A DNA stretch of 63,235 bases, the filler included, from Choristocarpus tenellus KU-1152 (lineage: Eukaryota > Protista > Phaeophyceae), in NCBI GenBank assembly GCA_964200185.2. It is 14 parts of 14 records of this genome, joined end to end, with 100 filler letters (N's around TTAATTAATTAA, not from the genome) between each part and the next. Parts side by side here need not be neighbours in the genome. Positions count along the whole stretch, not along the records: positions 13,304 to 16,486 come from CAXNAD020021714.1; positions 16,587 to 19,708 come from CAXNAD020022165.1; positions 19,809 to 31,755 come from CAXNAD020002054.1; 11 more parts are not named here. The stretch is one strand, 5' to 3'. Positions 13,345 to 26,600 of this stretch are shown here, one piece after another. The notes under the pieces are model-generated. The model was not told where the DNA came from. It searched no databases and saw nothing but the letters and a program-made list of their open reading frames with translations. The number at the start of each line of letters is the position of its first letter. Position 1 is the stretch's first letter. Both the position numbers and the translations under genes were made by a program.

Positions 13345-13472
13345 AGCAATATTATATTTTATTATTATTATATTTTATTATTATTATATTTTATTATTAT
13401 TATATTTTATTATTATTATATTTTTTTAATATTTTATTTTATTATTATTATATTTTATTATTATTATATTTT
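13345..13472. repeat. AT-rich tandem repeat (TATTTTATTATTATTA-like)
   Basis: Direct reading. Confidence 0.85.
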
Positions 13473-13567
13473 GTAGTGTGATATTGTGAACGGACCAAAG
13501 AGGGGTTAGTGTATAGTTAGTGTTGCTTATCACAACGAAAATTTCCCAGTTTTTTCCAATCTTTCAT

Positions 13568-13731
13568 AGGAATGGGATAGGAACGGGATAGGAACGGGAT
13601 AGGAACGGGATAGGAACAGGATAGGAACGGGATAGGAACGGGATAGGAACAGGATAGGAACGGGATAGGAACAGGATAGGAACGGGATAGGAATGGGATA
13701 GGAATGGGATAGGAATGGGATAGGAACGGAT
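13568..13731. repeat. 11-bp minisatellite (GGAACGGGATA and variants), ~15 copies
   Basis: Direct reading; units vary at 1-2 positions. Confidence 0.95.
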
Positions 13732-14191
13732 GGTAGGATAATGAAAAAATCGTAAATTTTAGAATGAAACCTTGACCATCATGACTGCTGGTCCTTAGTG
13801 GCTGTTTTAAGATGCTGGCTTCAAGTGATAGAGTGAGCTACATTGAATCGAAGCTCACGTGCATGTGCGTGCGGAACACACGAGGGATTCAATTTAATCG
13901 TGATTTAAAGTTTTTTGATACGGTTGTTTCTCGTGCGATCACATGCTGCGTGCGATGCTCGCCGAGATGACTGTTCGAGCGTCTCCATATGTGCGCTTGC
14001 TTGTACATTTCGATATATATATATATATATATTTATTATGGAGTAAGTTGGAATTTTAATTATTAATTTTATTGCAGTCACTTTAAAGCTTGCTCTCATA
14101 ATGGTTATAAAGGTTCTCGACTTGCAGCACTAAGGAAAGATGCTTGGGCAATGGAAAAAAAAAAAAAAATTACGGTGCCGAATTTTCTTTG

Positions 14192-14288
14192 ATTTTTGTA
14201 TTATTATTATAAGATGATTTTTGTATTATTATTATAAGATGATTTTTGTATTATTATTATAAGATGATTTTTGTATTATTATTATAAG
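14192..14288. repeat. Tandem repeat (GATTTTTGTATTATTATTATAAGAT), ~4 copies
   Basis: Direct reading. Confidence 0.9.
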
Positions 14289-15404
14289 CGAATCAACCCA
14301 ATTGAATTGTTGCAATTCTCTATCCATTCACACACACACAAAAAGAAAAAAAGAAAAAAAATCTTGTTTGAAGGATACATATTAAAAAAAAATCTTGAAT
14401 ATTGGGAACAAAAAACTAACCCCATCGTTCAAAAATTTGTAAAGATCATGCATAACCTGTTCGCTCTACTACGGAACCGATCTTTTCTTATATATATATA
14501 TATATATTATATATTCTATATATAGGTATATATAGGTATATATAGGATGTTTTTTTAATTCAGAAGCATTTTTATTTTTTTGTTCACAGTCTGTAGGGGT
14601 CTCGTCGTAGAAAGTACTTAAAAAAGAATTTAATTCCAAAAGAATAATAAGAGAGCGTTGTTTTTCCGGTATCCGCAATCAAAAAATGTTTTATTTTTAT
14701 TTATATTTGTATTTGTATTTATATGTAGAAGATATTTTATTATTGTTCTTATTCGTGCGCTCCAGAGTATATACTATGAAAAAAAAACTTTTAGGTGTGT
14801 GTGTGTGTGTGTCATTTTTTAGGATGCCATATTCTTATTTCTTTTGAACATAGGTATATTGTATGAGATTATTATTATTGACCAACAGAGTGGAAAAAAA
14901 GAAGAGATTAAAAAAAAAAGAGTCGTATGTTAAAAGCTTCAAAATGCTATGATTTTTTTAATGCGTTTGGAGGAGCATAAGAACAACTCGCCATGTGATA
15001 TGTCTGTGGTACAAATATCAAATTCGCAAATAGTACGTACACATATTGTTATGCTGTGCTTGACGATCTGCTGTCCCACATAACCAGTTATAGTATGGTT
15101 CATTAGCTTGCGTCAGAGTTGAGAAGAGAGTGAGACACCATAACTAGATGGGGTTCACCAAACCTTGGAGCAAATGACTCGGTGAAACCAAGAGACTTGA
15201 CACTCAGTGAAACTAAGAGACCTGACAGTTGTCTAGAACACTTCAGGAACACTCTTACTCTAACATTCTGTGGGAATTTTTTGTCTGATTGAATACCCTA
15301 ACCCTAAATATCCCTAATTTCCCATAACGTTGTTTGTGCGTACATTCAATATGACTTTAAATCTTATGTTGTTCTCACAAATGGACAAGCATAATCTTGA
15401 CACA

Positions 15405-15499
15405 TATACATACGTACATACATACATACATACATACATACATACATACATACATACATACAAACACACATACATACATACATACATACATACATACAT

Positions 15500-15558
<59 letters not shown>

Positions 15559-15613
15559 TACATACATACATACATACATACATACACATACGTACATACA
15601 AACACACATACAC
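15405..15613. repeat. Compound (TACA)n/(CA)n microsatellite
   Basis: Direct reading; it generates the spurious CMYV/HTYI ORFs. Confidence 0.97.
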
Positions 15614-15673
15614 ACTCAATATTTTCTTCTAGAGCCATATAACCCATTTAAGGGAGGTGTAACTGTATTTCAG

Positions 15674-16084
15674 ACATGGGTACGGTGCATACCTATCCTG
15701 CAGGTAAGTAAGGTAAGTAAGGTAAGTAAGGTAAGTAAGGTAAGTAAGGTAAGTAAGGTAAGTAAGATAAGTAAGATAAGTAAGGTAAGTAAGGTAAGTA
15801 AGGTAAGGAGAAGTCTAAAAAACAGAAGGTCTAATAAATAAGATGGCCTGAAATCAAGCCCTCACCTTGGATGTTTTTTCTCACATCTTCTATTTGATAT
15901 TTATTTGACGTTTATTTGATATTTATTTGATATTTATTTGATATTTATTTGACATTTATTTGACTGGCAGGTGGAGGCGATGAAGGGCCTTGAGGTGGAG
16001 TCCGAAAGGCTAAGGGCTACAGAGGAGGCGGCCACCTCAAAGATTGACCACCTTGGGAAGGCGAAGCATCACGCTGAAACCAAG
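15674..16084 (+). CDS. Internal exons of a probable coiled-coil protein
   Basis: Exon 15971-16084 (GGCAG|..AAG|GTAC) encodes VEAMKGLEVESERLRATEEAATSKIDHLGKAKHHAETK; a candidate 30-nt upstream exon lies at 15674-15703 (TTTCAG|..CAG|GTAAGT). Confidence 0.45.
15704..15802 (+). repeat. 9-bp tandem array (GTAAGTAAG)x11, equal to repeated splice-donor consensus
   Basis: Nine units start GT, two start AT; followed by GTAAGG. Confidence 0.95.
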
Positions 16085-16586
16085 GTACATTTGTCCTGTG
16101 CCTGCCTATCCTTATCATACATATATAAATAAACATATATATATATATATATATTTTTTTTTAATATTTATTTCGGTATGCATGAACTGTGCTCTCTCTT
16201 ATTTAAAAAAAAAAGAAGAGGTGGCTGGGCTTTGGAAACTGTTGAAACTGTAACCACGGTCTAATTTAAAAATACACATGAAACGTCCACAGCGACTACG
16301 ACAGGCAAGCCGTTCTATGTTTTTTTTAACAATGAAAAAAAACAATATATAAATATACATATTTTTATTGTGTCAAACCCATCTGGCCGATATGTTCCGT
16401 CACAACTGTATTGGAGATAGCACCAAAGTACCACACCCAGCAGCGTACCCAAGGCATCAGTCAGGGATGTTTTTTTTTGGGGGGGGNNNNNNNNNNNNNN
16501 NNNNNNNNNNNNNNNNNNNNNNNNNNNNNNTTAATTAATTAANNNNNNNNNNNNNNNNNNNNNNNNNNNNNNNNNNNNNNNNNNNN

Positions 16587-16650
16587 CCGGTGATTCTCTT
16601 CGCCACCCTTGCCTGAGTGAACCACGCCGCCACAGAATCACACGATTCAC
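16587..16650 (+). repeat. Dispersed ~70-nt hairpin-forming repeat, copy 1 (contig start)
   Basis: Near-identical to 29056-29120. Confidence 0.85.
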
Positions 16651-19600
16651 ACTATCCCTATTAAATATCCAATATTGCCGCAAGAATATGTATCAATTAC
16701 TGTTAAAATAGGAACTGCCCAATTATAGATCTCTGTGATTACCTGTCCTCCTTTTGAGTCCGAGAAAGGAAACACAAATGGGGTACAAAACGAGGTGGTG
16801 CATGCATCCATGGAGTGCAATAAAGGAGGAACAAAGCTTAAACCAAGTGTCAACATACCTCTACTACTAGGTGGAGGGTCCTGATGTGACCACAGATAAT
16901 AAATTAGAAAGTATTCGATCTTGAATATTTTGGTGAGTTCTAGTCACAGTCCTCCTTGACATGGTCCTCCACCTTCAAGTCATGTTGCTTGACACGAAAC
17001 ACACTTTTCCTTAGAGTTGAAGGATGAAAGATAGTTGAAACTGGTGAAATTGGTCTTCACATATTACTCCCTTTCTTGAGCAGATAGATGCCCACCTTCC
17101 CCTCCCTGCAACATGAAGTATATAACGAGTCTTCTGCCAATATTGCCTTTCAAACTCACCTAGTCTCCTACTTCACATAGTAGTGACAAGTCTTCACTCT
17201 TACCACTGTTCTCTATTGCACCATATTTAAAATAGGATTGTTGTTCACACAGACAGGCTGCCGACAAAATTAAAAAATCCCAACTCAAGATGTAGGAGGC
17301 TAGCAGTGCAGTATGACACTAAAAATAACAGTAAATACGTTCTGGTATCTTATAGCCGATGATGTTCCAGTAAAAGAATGTATACTTTCAAAAATTCTTT
17401 ACTGGGATGCACTATAGCTGCTAACCAGTGTAGTGTCAGTAATTTGGCACATCATACAAGTCTGTTGTACAGTTCATATCGTCCCACTGGCTTAACCACA
17501 CTCCATCCCTATTAGAAATACCATTATGGTGTGACAAGTCATGGGCAACGGATGTAGCCCACTCCAAGCACTCTCCCCTAAAGGAAACTCTGCAAAATAA
17601 TGCAACCCCCCCGAAAAGAAATTAATTACGATCAGAGGCCCAAAAGGGCACAGCAAGCAACAGAGGGACTCAAGGATGTACTATACAACCTCAAATATTC
17701 GAGTTGATCCTTAATGAGTGGGATAGGATGTGACAGAATTTCCACCTCGAGCAGTCCAGATCATCCACAACACTGCTCTAAGTGCGCATAAGCTGCAAGT
17801 CTCAAGACATACATTGATGTAACAAGACGTGTCCAATTTAATTGTTGAATGTACCAAGAAGGAATGCTCTAAGAAGACAGTCTTGAAGCATACTCCTCAT
17901 TCTTCCTCCCGAAAACTATCCATGTATGTTGACGAAGTGGATGTGCCAGGGTGCCTTACATCAGTAAAAACACATGGTGAATAAAGGATGTATCCTACAA
18001 AAGCTACCGGTCAAGTGGCCCATTTTTTCTGTATATGCTCTCTGGAGTAGCTAGTCCTTAGCTTGTACTTCCTTTATTCAGCATCAGTTCAAACAGCTCG
18101 TGGGGGAGGCTGTGAAAATGCGTAAGATGGTATCAGAATTCCATTTTTTTTGCGGTTGTCTTAAAAAAAAAACAGTTATGGGGTTATCCTAAAATCTCAG
18201 CGAAATCCGACTTAGTCTACCCATTCTACGCCACCTGCTGTGAACAGCAAGAAATGCCTTCCCGATGCAGTACTTTTCCTCATCCACAACCTGTTCGATT
18301 TGATGCTGAATGGAGGAAACATGAGAATCTTGACAACTACTGGATTGTGCTCTCTTCTTAACATTACCAAGTATGACGGAAGACTTCTGCTTTGAGAAAT
18401 GGTAACAAGAAACGGTGATGTCCTCACTAGGATACCATCTAATATTGAGTACAAAATAATCATAGATGCTAGTGGAACTGGAGGTTCTTCATTCAAGTTT
18501 CGTCAAGTGTGCCCTGCCTCTGTGAAGCAATGAATGAATGAATCCAACACACTTTACAACAGCCCTCCTAACAAAACAACGTATACAGTCACTACAAAAA
18601 TGGCATCCATAGTGTAGTGCACCTTCAATGAATCAGGGAGAAAAAGTAACAATGGTGTGAGTGAAACTTGAAAAGGAACTATGACTCACACCAACAGAAT
18701 TGAAACACCAAATAAAAAATATACATATCTGACGCTTGACTGGGAGCATGCTATTTGGCCTTGATAAACAGTCAGGTATTGAGATGTTCTTGGATGAAAA
18801 AGTGAGAACCTTCTAGTGAATAAATGATACAGAACTCAATGCTGTTCAAACCTCATGCTGTGAAAATTTTGACAGGGTTACCAAACACCGAAAAAAAAGA
18901 AAGAGTATAAAACTAGAAAAAAAAATCAGAGAACAAAAAAAATGGGGCCTCTCCAGTGGACGCTACCAAATAATGGCAGCCAGATCCCCGAATGGGCACT
19001 ATTAACAATTCTATAATCAAAAAGCAAGTGGAATGTGTATTGGTGACAGCTTCTTGCCTACTGAGTTGCGTAATATTGGTCTCAACATCTGTCGAGTGTC
19101 GGGGTTTCACAAGCAAAGCAAGAAAAAAAATACAATCAACAAGTAGTGTTGAAATAAATGGTGCACTAATGATACCAACAAGCTGTGTGCCTGAGACGCC
19201 CAAACAACTCAGGGGATGATTTCAAAGTTCATCATCATACCCGTGTCACTGTGGCCAAATATGTGACAGTGAGCCACAGCTGCTTGGCAATGCATTGGTG
19301 TGGGATGAAGCCATATTGATGCGCACATCAGACAGAGGCAAGCCACGGCAGGGGGGCAGGGTGGCAGGGTAGGAGAGGAAAGCAGGTAAGTAGTGAAATA
19401 ACAAGACAACTACCTTACAAAAGATAAGCAAGGAATGAAACAGCTCAAAGCTCCAGCTTCTCCTCCACAACACATTTTGTTCAGTCCTGCTACAAATGTT
19501 TAGCCACCAGAGGTGATGAGATAAGCCACAGAGGCCACCTCAAAGGGTCAAGCAGTGACGTACAGTTTGGTGGGAAAAACCCGAACACCAAAACCCCTGT

Positions 19601-20211
19601 TTCATTATAGCCAGCTCCCAAACCATAGAATATTAGAGGTGGGGTTGTTTAGCCCAGGTTATCCATTCGAGGTTTGATGGGGTGTTGTAAGATACCCCAG
19701 TTTGATGCNNNNNNNNNNNNNNNNNNNNNNNNNNNNNNNNNNNNNNNNNNNNTTAATTAATTAANNNNNNNNNNNNNNNNNNNNNNNNNNNNNNNNNNNN
19801 NNNNNNNNGGGAGCGGGGGGGGAGGAGGGGGGGCGGGGGCTGCAGGGAAAGGGGGGGGAGGGAAAAGGAAGAGGATTTGGAGTCTTAGGTCAAGGGAATG
19901 CAATTCAAGAAGAACTGGAGGATTGCCTGGAGGTTGGGAAAGTTCTGACGAAGGCAGGAAGTTGGTACGTACTCTTTTATGTTCTCTTCAATGTTGTTGC
20001 CGTCATACAGCCAAGACACGGCATATGCCATCAGGCAAAACAACCCAAACACAGTAAAATACCAACAAAATACCAACAAAATGCCAACGCCATACCGTAC
20101 TCACACAACTCCATGCAACACCACGTGAACAAAAAAAAAAGGTATCAAAGCACACCTACAACAAGGGTACCCATGTTCCCACACACCCTTCCAAATCGTT
20201 GCTCTCCTCAC

Positions 20212-23200
20212 CATGGCAACAGCCACCATCTCGACACACACTGGAATCTCCGGTCCTCCCTCCATACTGGCACTGGCAAATATGTGATCCCACAGCAAAA
20301 ACACGCATCTCATTGGGAACTCCCGCCCAAAGAGGAGTCGTGCCCACTTGATGAGGTAGAGCTAACCACACACAGTCATTGGACAGTAAAATAAAATATC
20401 AAAACAACACCCGGGGGGAAAGGGGGGAAGGGTTAGGGTTCGGTGGTTTCATTAATTTAATAAAATAAAAAGAGACTAGGTGCCATCCCGATGTGTAGAA
20501 TTTCAATAGAATATCGTGTTTCTGTTTCCTTTCAACCTCCACAGTCAAATGTCAAAAGAAAAAAGCGCAGTCATAACCCTGGCCTTAATGTAGCCCATTT
20601 ATTCTACTCTACAATATTATTATCAATGAGATCATACCGAGAGCAATACCATCAGAAAAAGGAAAAAAAAATCAAGTGACGCGAACACCTCCAGGAAGGT
20701 TGTGGATATCCTCAAGAGTCAACTGGAAAGAATATTTTAAAAAAAACACAACTTTTCTTTTCATAGCTTGAAAGCACACGATGTCCTTGTACTCCAAAGG
20801 ATATTCATTGACCATGGTATGTCATTTAAAGTATCAACAGAAGCAACTTACACCGTGGTTATCAGTCATCAAACCGAGTTCTAAAACTCTAGTCATTTCC
20901 AACAAGCAGTTTCTTATTTCAAAGGATGTTGTGCCTTCAAAGGTATAGCAATCCTTGGGCTCTGCTATCAGGAGGACCTAGGGCATTCCAGGTCATAGCA
21001 AGGATCATTCACGTACTCTGGGGCTGCCCATGATGCCACAGGGTATGCCCCAAAGCATTGGAGGTATTGCTACAGAAAAGCACGTAGCCTTCAGGACCCA
21101 AGTGTTGAATAGTTTGTGGGACATCAGGGTCATTGGATACCTTCTTTTTTTTTACCAAGAACACAATTCAACATTCAATTGGCCATACTAGACTAAGCAT
21201 ATATCCATCTATACATCTATTCAACTCGAAACAACTGAGACAGTGCCCATCACTCTTAAAAATAAAACAAGCGCAGATACTGCACCAAAGCAATCACACC
21301 AAAGCAATTCAGGCCCAAGGCTCACCAAACCAGACAACATGCTGTCCCATCCCCACCAGTTGCAACATCCGCCCAACACAGGTGCACACTACCATATCCT
21401 CACTCCCCTCACTCCCCTCACAACCACCACAACCACCACAGTAAATACAGTCGAGTTTCACTTGCCTGGGGACTAACATCACAATCAGCGAGGTGCTGCT
21501 GGAGCTCAGGGTCCGAATTCCTCAGTCTTTCCCCCTGCACTCGGTGGCACATCCCTACCACCGGAGATTCCTCACCCATTGATCCTGTTGCTGTCCCATG
21601 CTCGTAGAATATTTCTAGGCCATTCATAAGAGCCTCAAATAGGCAAAAGGTATCAGCCTCCAGGGCCTCCTGGGCATTCCCCTTCCCAGCTCCCTCCGCT
21701 CCCACTCTACTACTAATCCCAAGACCCATAGGCCCTTCCCGCCTGGACCTTGAGGCGGCCTCTTTCTCCAACACTAGGAGAAGTGGAGCAAGGACTTCGT
21801 GCATTCCTTGCCTGTAGGAGATATATGGGTGTGTTGCAGCCCAAAGAGAGAGAACATTCAGCAATAGGTTTTGACGTTTGGAATCCAGGAAGTGCTCTCC
21901 ACACCCCGACGGGTAGAGCCGTTCCAAGTCAGCCATGATGGTGGAGGCCAGCTCCTTGCGCTGATTTGATTGATTTTGATTTGCCATATTGGACGGATAG
22001 CAGACAATTGAAGGGAGGTTAGAGGGGAGGGGAGGGGAGGGGAGGGGACAAACCAGGTGAGGGGGTCAAGGGCCAGAGTTCGGACAGAATAATCAACAAA
22101 GAGGACTCAAAATGTCAGTGAGGGATCCATACAGCACATGCTTGAGAGGTCTTGAGCCCAACCGAGCTCTGGTGACCACTTCCCAAAACAACCCAACATA
22201 TACCATCTGCCCTGTATTTTTAGCAGTGTCGGGGAGGGGGGAGGGGCATTTGCCCAACAACTTCTCTCCACTTCGAGACTAGCGAAAAATCTCTCCCTCG
22301 GAGAATTCAAAGCCCAAGGCACCTCATAGAAGCTTGTCCATGGATTGAAGTTTTGACTGCTATCCGGCCCAGAAGATAGAGGTTCCACCGAGAGGGGATC
22401 CATCTGGTCTACCACCTGCAATAATGTCGAAAATTCCAGGAAGATAGATAGGGATCAGAGCAATGAGAAGACGCAAAGGGGATGTATCTTCAATGTCCTT
22501 CTTGCCCCTTTGCGGAAGGGTTCAGTTACTTGTCCACGACCCAAAGCAGATTATGTCAGATTCGGGCATAAACGAGGCAACCTAACCAACTTTCGGACTC
22601 CAAAAAGGCGTATGCCTTGTGCATTGCCTATGAGGACACACATGATCAGATCAATATAACTGTTTCCATGAGCCGGCCTGAATCTTGGGATCTGTGAAAC
22701 GCTACTATATTGGCTCGGCACTCGATTATTACTTTGGGAGCCAATGGTGTTTGCCCAGATCTATTGCTTCCCACCAAGATGGTATTGCTGACCTTGATAG
22801 CATCTGTGAAGCAGTGGGGACTTTTTACCTTAGAGATGTCTACGATGTGATCGGCTTTCAGGCGCTGGTAGGCCCTCCTCCTTGAATTCAAAGCGTCTCT
22901 CCAGCGAGAAGGAGGGGTGCCCTTAGGAATAACGCCAAGTAATATCCTCCAGCACATGGCACGGTCCTGATCACTCTTCCAGTTACCTACGTAGCATGGA
23001 CAGAAGGGTTCTCTACTTCAGAAAGGGTTACTAGGAAGCCATTCCACGCAGAGTGGGTAGGAAGTGGGGTACTTAGAGCACTCTTCTTGTTGGCGGCCAT
23101 CTCTCACAAATCCAAGATACCTCAAATCCATACGATCAACTCCAAAGCACAATCTGGCACGTCGTAGCTTAACCAGAGGACCACAGAGATATTCCTCACC

Positions 23201-23365
23201 TTCGAGCATACTATTTCGGATGGAACAGAAACCCGAGCGACCTTCCCATGTGGAATCATCCATGGAGAAAGTCGCAAGACCAACTTGGTTTCCAGCAGGA
23301 TCCCATGGAGCAGTTTCCTCGGCATATGCTTTGAAGTTTGTCTCGGGTTCTGTTTCAGACATCAT
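20212..23365 (-). CDS. TBC-domain Rab GTPase-activating protein, TBC1D5-like (3' partial)
   Basis: Exons 23365-23121, 23012-22829 (RAMCWRILLG), 22415-22323 (DPLS..NPWTSFYE), 21960-21466 (IMADLERLYP; YRQGMHEVLAPL) and 20361-20212 (LYLIKWARLLFGREF..LWDHIF). IxxDxxR and YxQ catalytic fingers are intact. Confidence 0.9.
20760..21070 (+). mobile_element. Degenerate Ty3/Gypsy integrase-like remnant inside a TBC intron
   Basis: Fragments RIFIDHGMSF and AAHDATGYAP resemble integrase core motifs; disrupted. Confidence 0.3.
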
Positions 23366-23687
23366 CCTTGCAATGTGTTGTGATGGAGCGAGAAATAGTG
23401 ATGAACTTTAAAGTCTACTCAAAGCAAGATCTAGAGCAGTTATCCTCTCTGTTGAAACTCTGGGGTGCATCTGCAGCGTTCCTTCATCTACTCGTCAAGC
23501 CCTAAAGACATTTGACCAATAATCGATACTGTACAAAGGTGCAATGCCGAGTAACAAGGAGTTGTAGAGATCGAGGGATGAACATATACAACAACTAATA
23601 CAATACTAACTAGTATTGAACATAGGTGAAGTTTCAATTCTGCAACCATACTTACCATTTTGTCATGATAACAAGCGGAGAAAGGGG
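23366..23687. promoter_or_regulatory. Putative bidirectional promoter between TBC (-) and VPS9 (+) genes
   Basis: 322 bp separate the two predicted start codons on one contig. Confidence 0.55.
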
Positions 23688-26600
23688 ATGAGCACCACCG
23701 ATGTAAAGCATTCTATATTAGAGACACAATGGGTTCAACTGACCTCACTTTACCGAAGTCTGCGGGAGCGTGATCAAGAGATCAACTTTCTCCGTCACAG
23801 GGTTCGCTTGCTCCTCAACATCAACACAATTGTTGACTCTACTCAGTCACAAGATTCCGCCCCAGGGGAGCTCCTAGAGACCCGTTTAACTGATGCAGGC
23901 TTCCCTGTGCGCCAAGTACGTGAAGACATACTCTGCTATTGCAAGCAAGTATTTCGTATTCACTGGAAGTTTCATCGCGCAACTTGGGTAGGGTCACCCT
24001 CAATCGAATTGCACGAAGCCATTCGTCTTTGACTTCCCCCTTTCAAATGGTCTCCGATCCCATCATTTTCTAGGTAGAGAACATCATGAACCGAATGTCC
24101 CCGCCTTCTCATGGCTCATGGTCACCAGCAATGGAAAGTGCCAAGGCTTTGGAATGCCTGTTGTCCCCAACTCCCAAGGCGGGTAGCACAAATTTGGGCG
24201 CATCGCATACAGTCCCTGGCTTGAGTACAGTAGCATCCTCAGTGGATAGTGCACTAGATGGGGACGAGGTTACCTCCATCTCCTACAGCGATTTTCTGGA
24301 TCGACTGGCGCTTCCTGAGAGCGGAGGAATGCTAAAAGCTACACAACGATTTGTCCTCTCCGTTGTAGGACCAGATTGGGATGGCTTTCCTCCCCAACTG
24401 GGCCAGCCCGGCCCCTGGCCGACCTTGGAATTCCATGGCACTGCCTATCTGAAGGAGAGGTGTGCTTGGTTGTAGTTGACGTTCCGATGGCACTGGAACC
24501 TGAAGTTTTTTGGTGTTGATGTGTGTTGGATTCATGCAGGCAAGTAGTCACGTATTACAATCTGTCGCTTTCGAGTTGCTCATTGCAGTATGTGTGACAT
24601 TTCGTTACCTTTTGTAATCGACAATCACGCCACTTTGCCATGCCATATCCATTCATGACTCCATGCCAGCACTCAACCACAACTGTGGTTCCAATTCTGC
24701 ACCATGACATCACCTAACGCTAGATTCGCAGATTTTATCTCCGCCCTTCAGGATGCCATGTCCATCCACCCATCGTGGGCATGGCTGGGATATGAAGGCG
24801 TGCTGACGTGCCGGGGACACCTTGAAAGGTGAGTATGGCATATAGTAGAATGATTGTGTGCCCCCTTACGAATACTCTTAACTGAATCAAACAAGGGGAT
24901 TTGTATTTTGTTCAAATCGCAACTGAACAATGATCACACCCCTACCATACCGCTCTTGCCTCCTCATGGCAGGTATGTGATGACCAAGATTCACCACCTT
25001 GCCTTAGCTGAACAATTGGACCGTGCAGCGGATGCAAATGTTGCTCGCCGCCTTAATTCCCTACAATTTCTCACACCTGATGACCTGGATGTGGGACTCC
25101 AGGCTCGGGATGACTTCGTGCTGACTATGGCTCAGGTTAGACGTTGGTGTGCTGCTCCTGTTTGTTGCGACTCTCTAGCGAAACTCCTCAACATGAGTTA
25201 TTGGTTAGTTTATGAGCCTGAAGGGTTTTGTCTTGACAGTCCTCCCTTCATCGTTGCTCTGGCAGGAGGTTGGTTTAGTTGGTTTGGAAATCCATTCCTT
25301 CAACTAACAATATAGTAATAGGCAACACTGTACAGACTCTAGCAAATTCAGTACCACCACAAGTATCACTACACACACCACTACATTTTTGGAGAAACAC
25401 TTGCAGCAGGATCATTACTCAACTTAATGGACTTCCCCCCCTCACCCCAAAAATAGGTGACAAGATGTACTGCCCTGCATCCATGGGCAAAACACACCAT
25501 TCACAGCACTTAGCCGCAAATTAAGGTTATGAGTTGCACAGGCTCAAAGTTGCCAAACCCTAGCCCTAACCCAATATAGGCCTAACACTGCTGTACCCAG
25601 GAAGAGCTAAAGAAGATGGTAAATGGTAGGTGTCCAGAAGACATCATGACTTGCCTTGTTCGCTGCTGTGATATCATACTTGGGATGCTTGACCATGTGA
25701 GGCGAGCCCCAGGCTCCTCCAAACCTGAGCGGCTAGCACGGTCTTATAGTCAAGACTCAAGTCAGAGCATCGGCCCAGTGGCTGCTGCAGATGAGTTCCT
25801 GCCGGTTTTCATCTATGTTGTGCTCAAGTCCAATGTGAAACGCCTACCATCCATATGCAACTATTTGCAGGCATACTTCAGCCCAACGGCCCTTATGTCA
25901 AGGTACGAGTGGGAAATCTTGTCTGTTGCTTTGGGTTTCAATACGGCATAGCCTCCCCACCTTGATGGAAACCCTCCCCAACTCACAGTCACTGTGTTAC
26001 GATGTGTTTTGTCTATGGTGCACATTTTTTGTGGAAGTATGCTTTAGTTGCACAACAGCAGCCAGCATCGCCCTATTACTGTCTCAAAGCAACGCTTGTT
26101 CAATATAAGGATACACTTCTCTCCTGGCATGCTCTTCTGGTTTTTTGAGCTTTCTATCATGTTGATGTCACCATGAAGAGGAGGAGGTGCTGCTCAACAA
26201 GTGCATCCGATGATGCCATCACAATACCATCCTCCCAGTATAATTGATTGGATTGGCACATACATGTTCACTGCTCACACGGTTAAACACATCCCCTCCC
26301 CCGTGAATTTAATGTTTTTTGTGGGGAGGTTTTTAAGAAAAGATATAATCAAGATTTTGAAAAGATGGCATAACTCATTCATCTTGACACAGCCCCAACA
26401 TCCTCGAGTATGACTTTCTTTCCCCACGTCATGACTCCAAGAATTTTCACAATGTGAACCCAGCGAAGACCTCCCCCCCCTCTCTATCTGCCCTGCTGCC
26501 CCTTTCATTGACACTTTAGACCCGGGTATTGCTTTGTGAACCTAAGGAGTGCAGTGGAGTTTCTGATGAACGTTGATGGAAGCACGCTCAGCATGGCCCA

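Noticed and set aside
15314-15647. CMYV/HTYI repeat ORFs
   Set aside because: Translations of a microsatellite.
21418-21465. Read-through LYLLWWLWWL mimicking the next TBC motif
   Set aside because: It ends in a stop; the true motif LYLIKWARLLFGREF is in exon 20361-20212.
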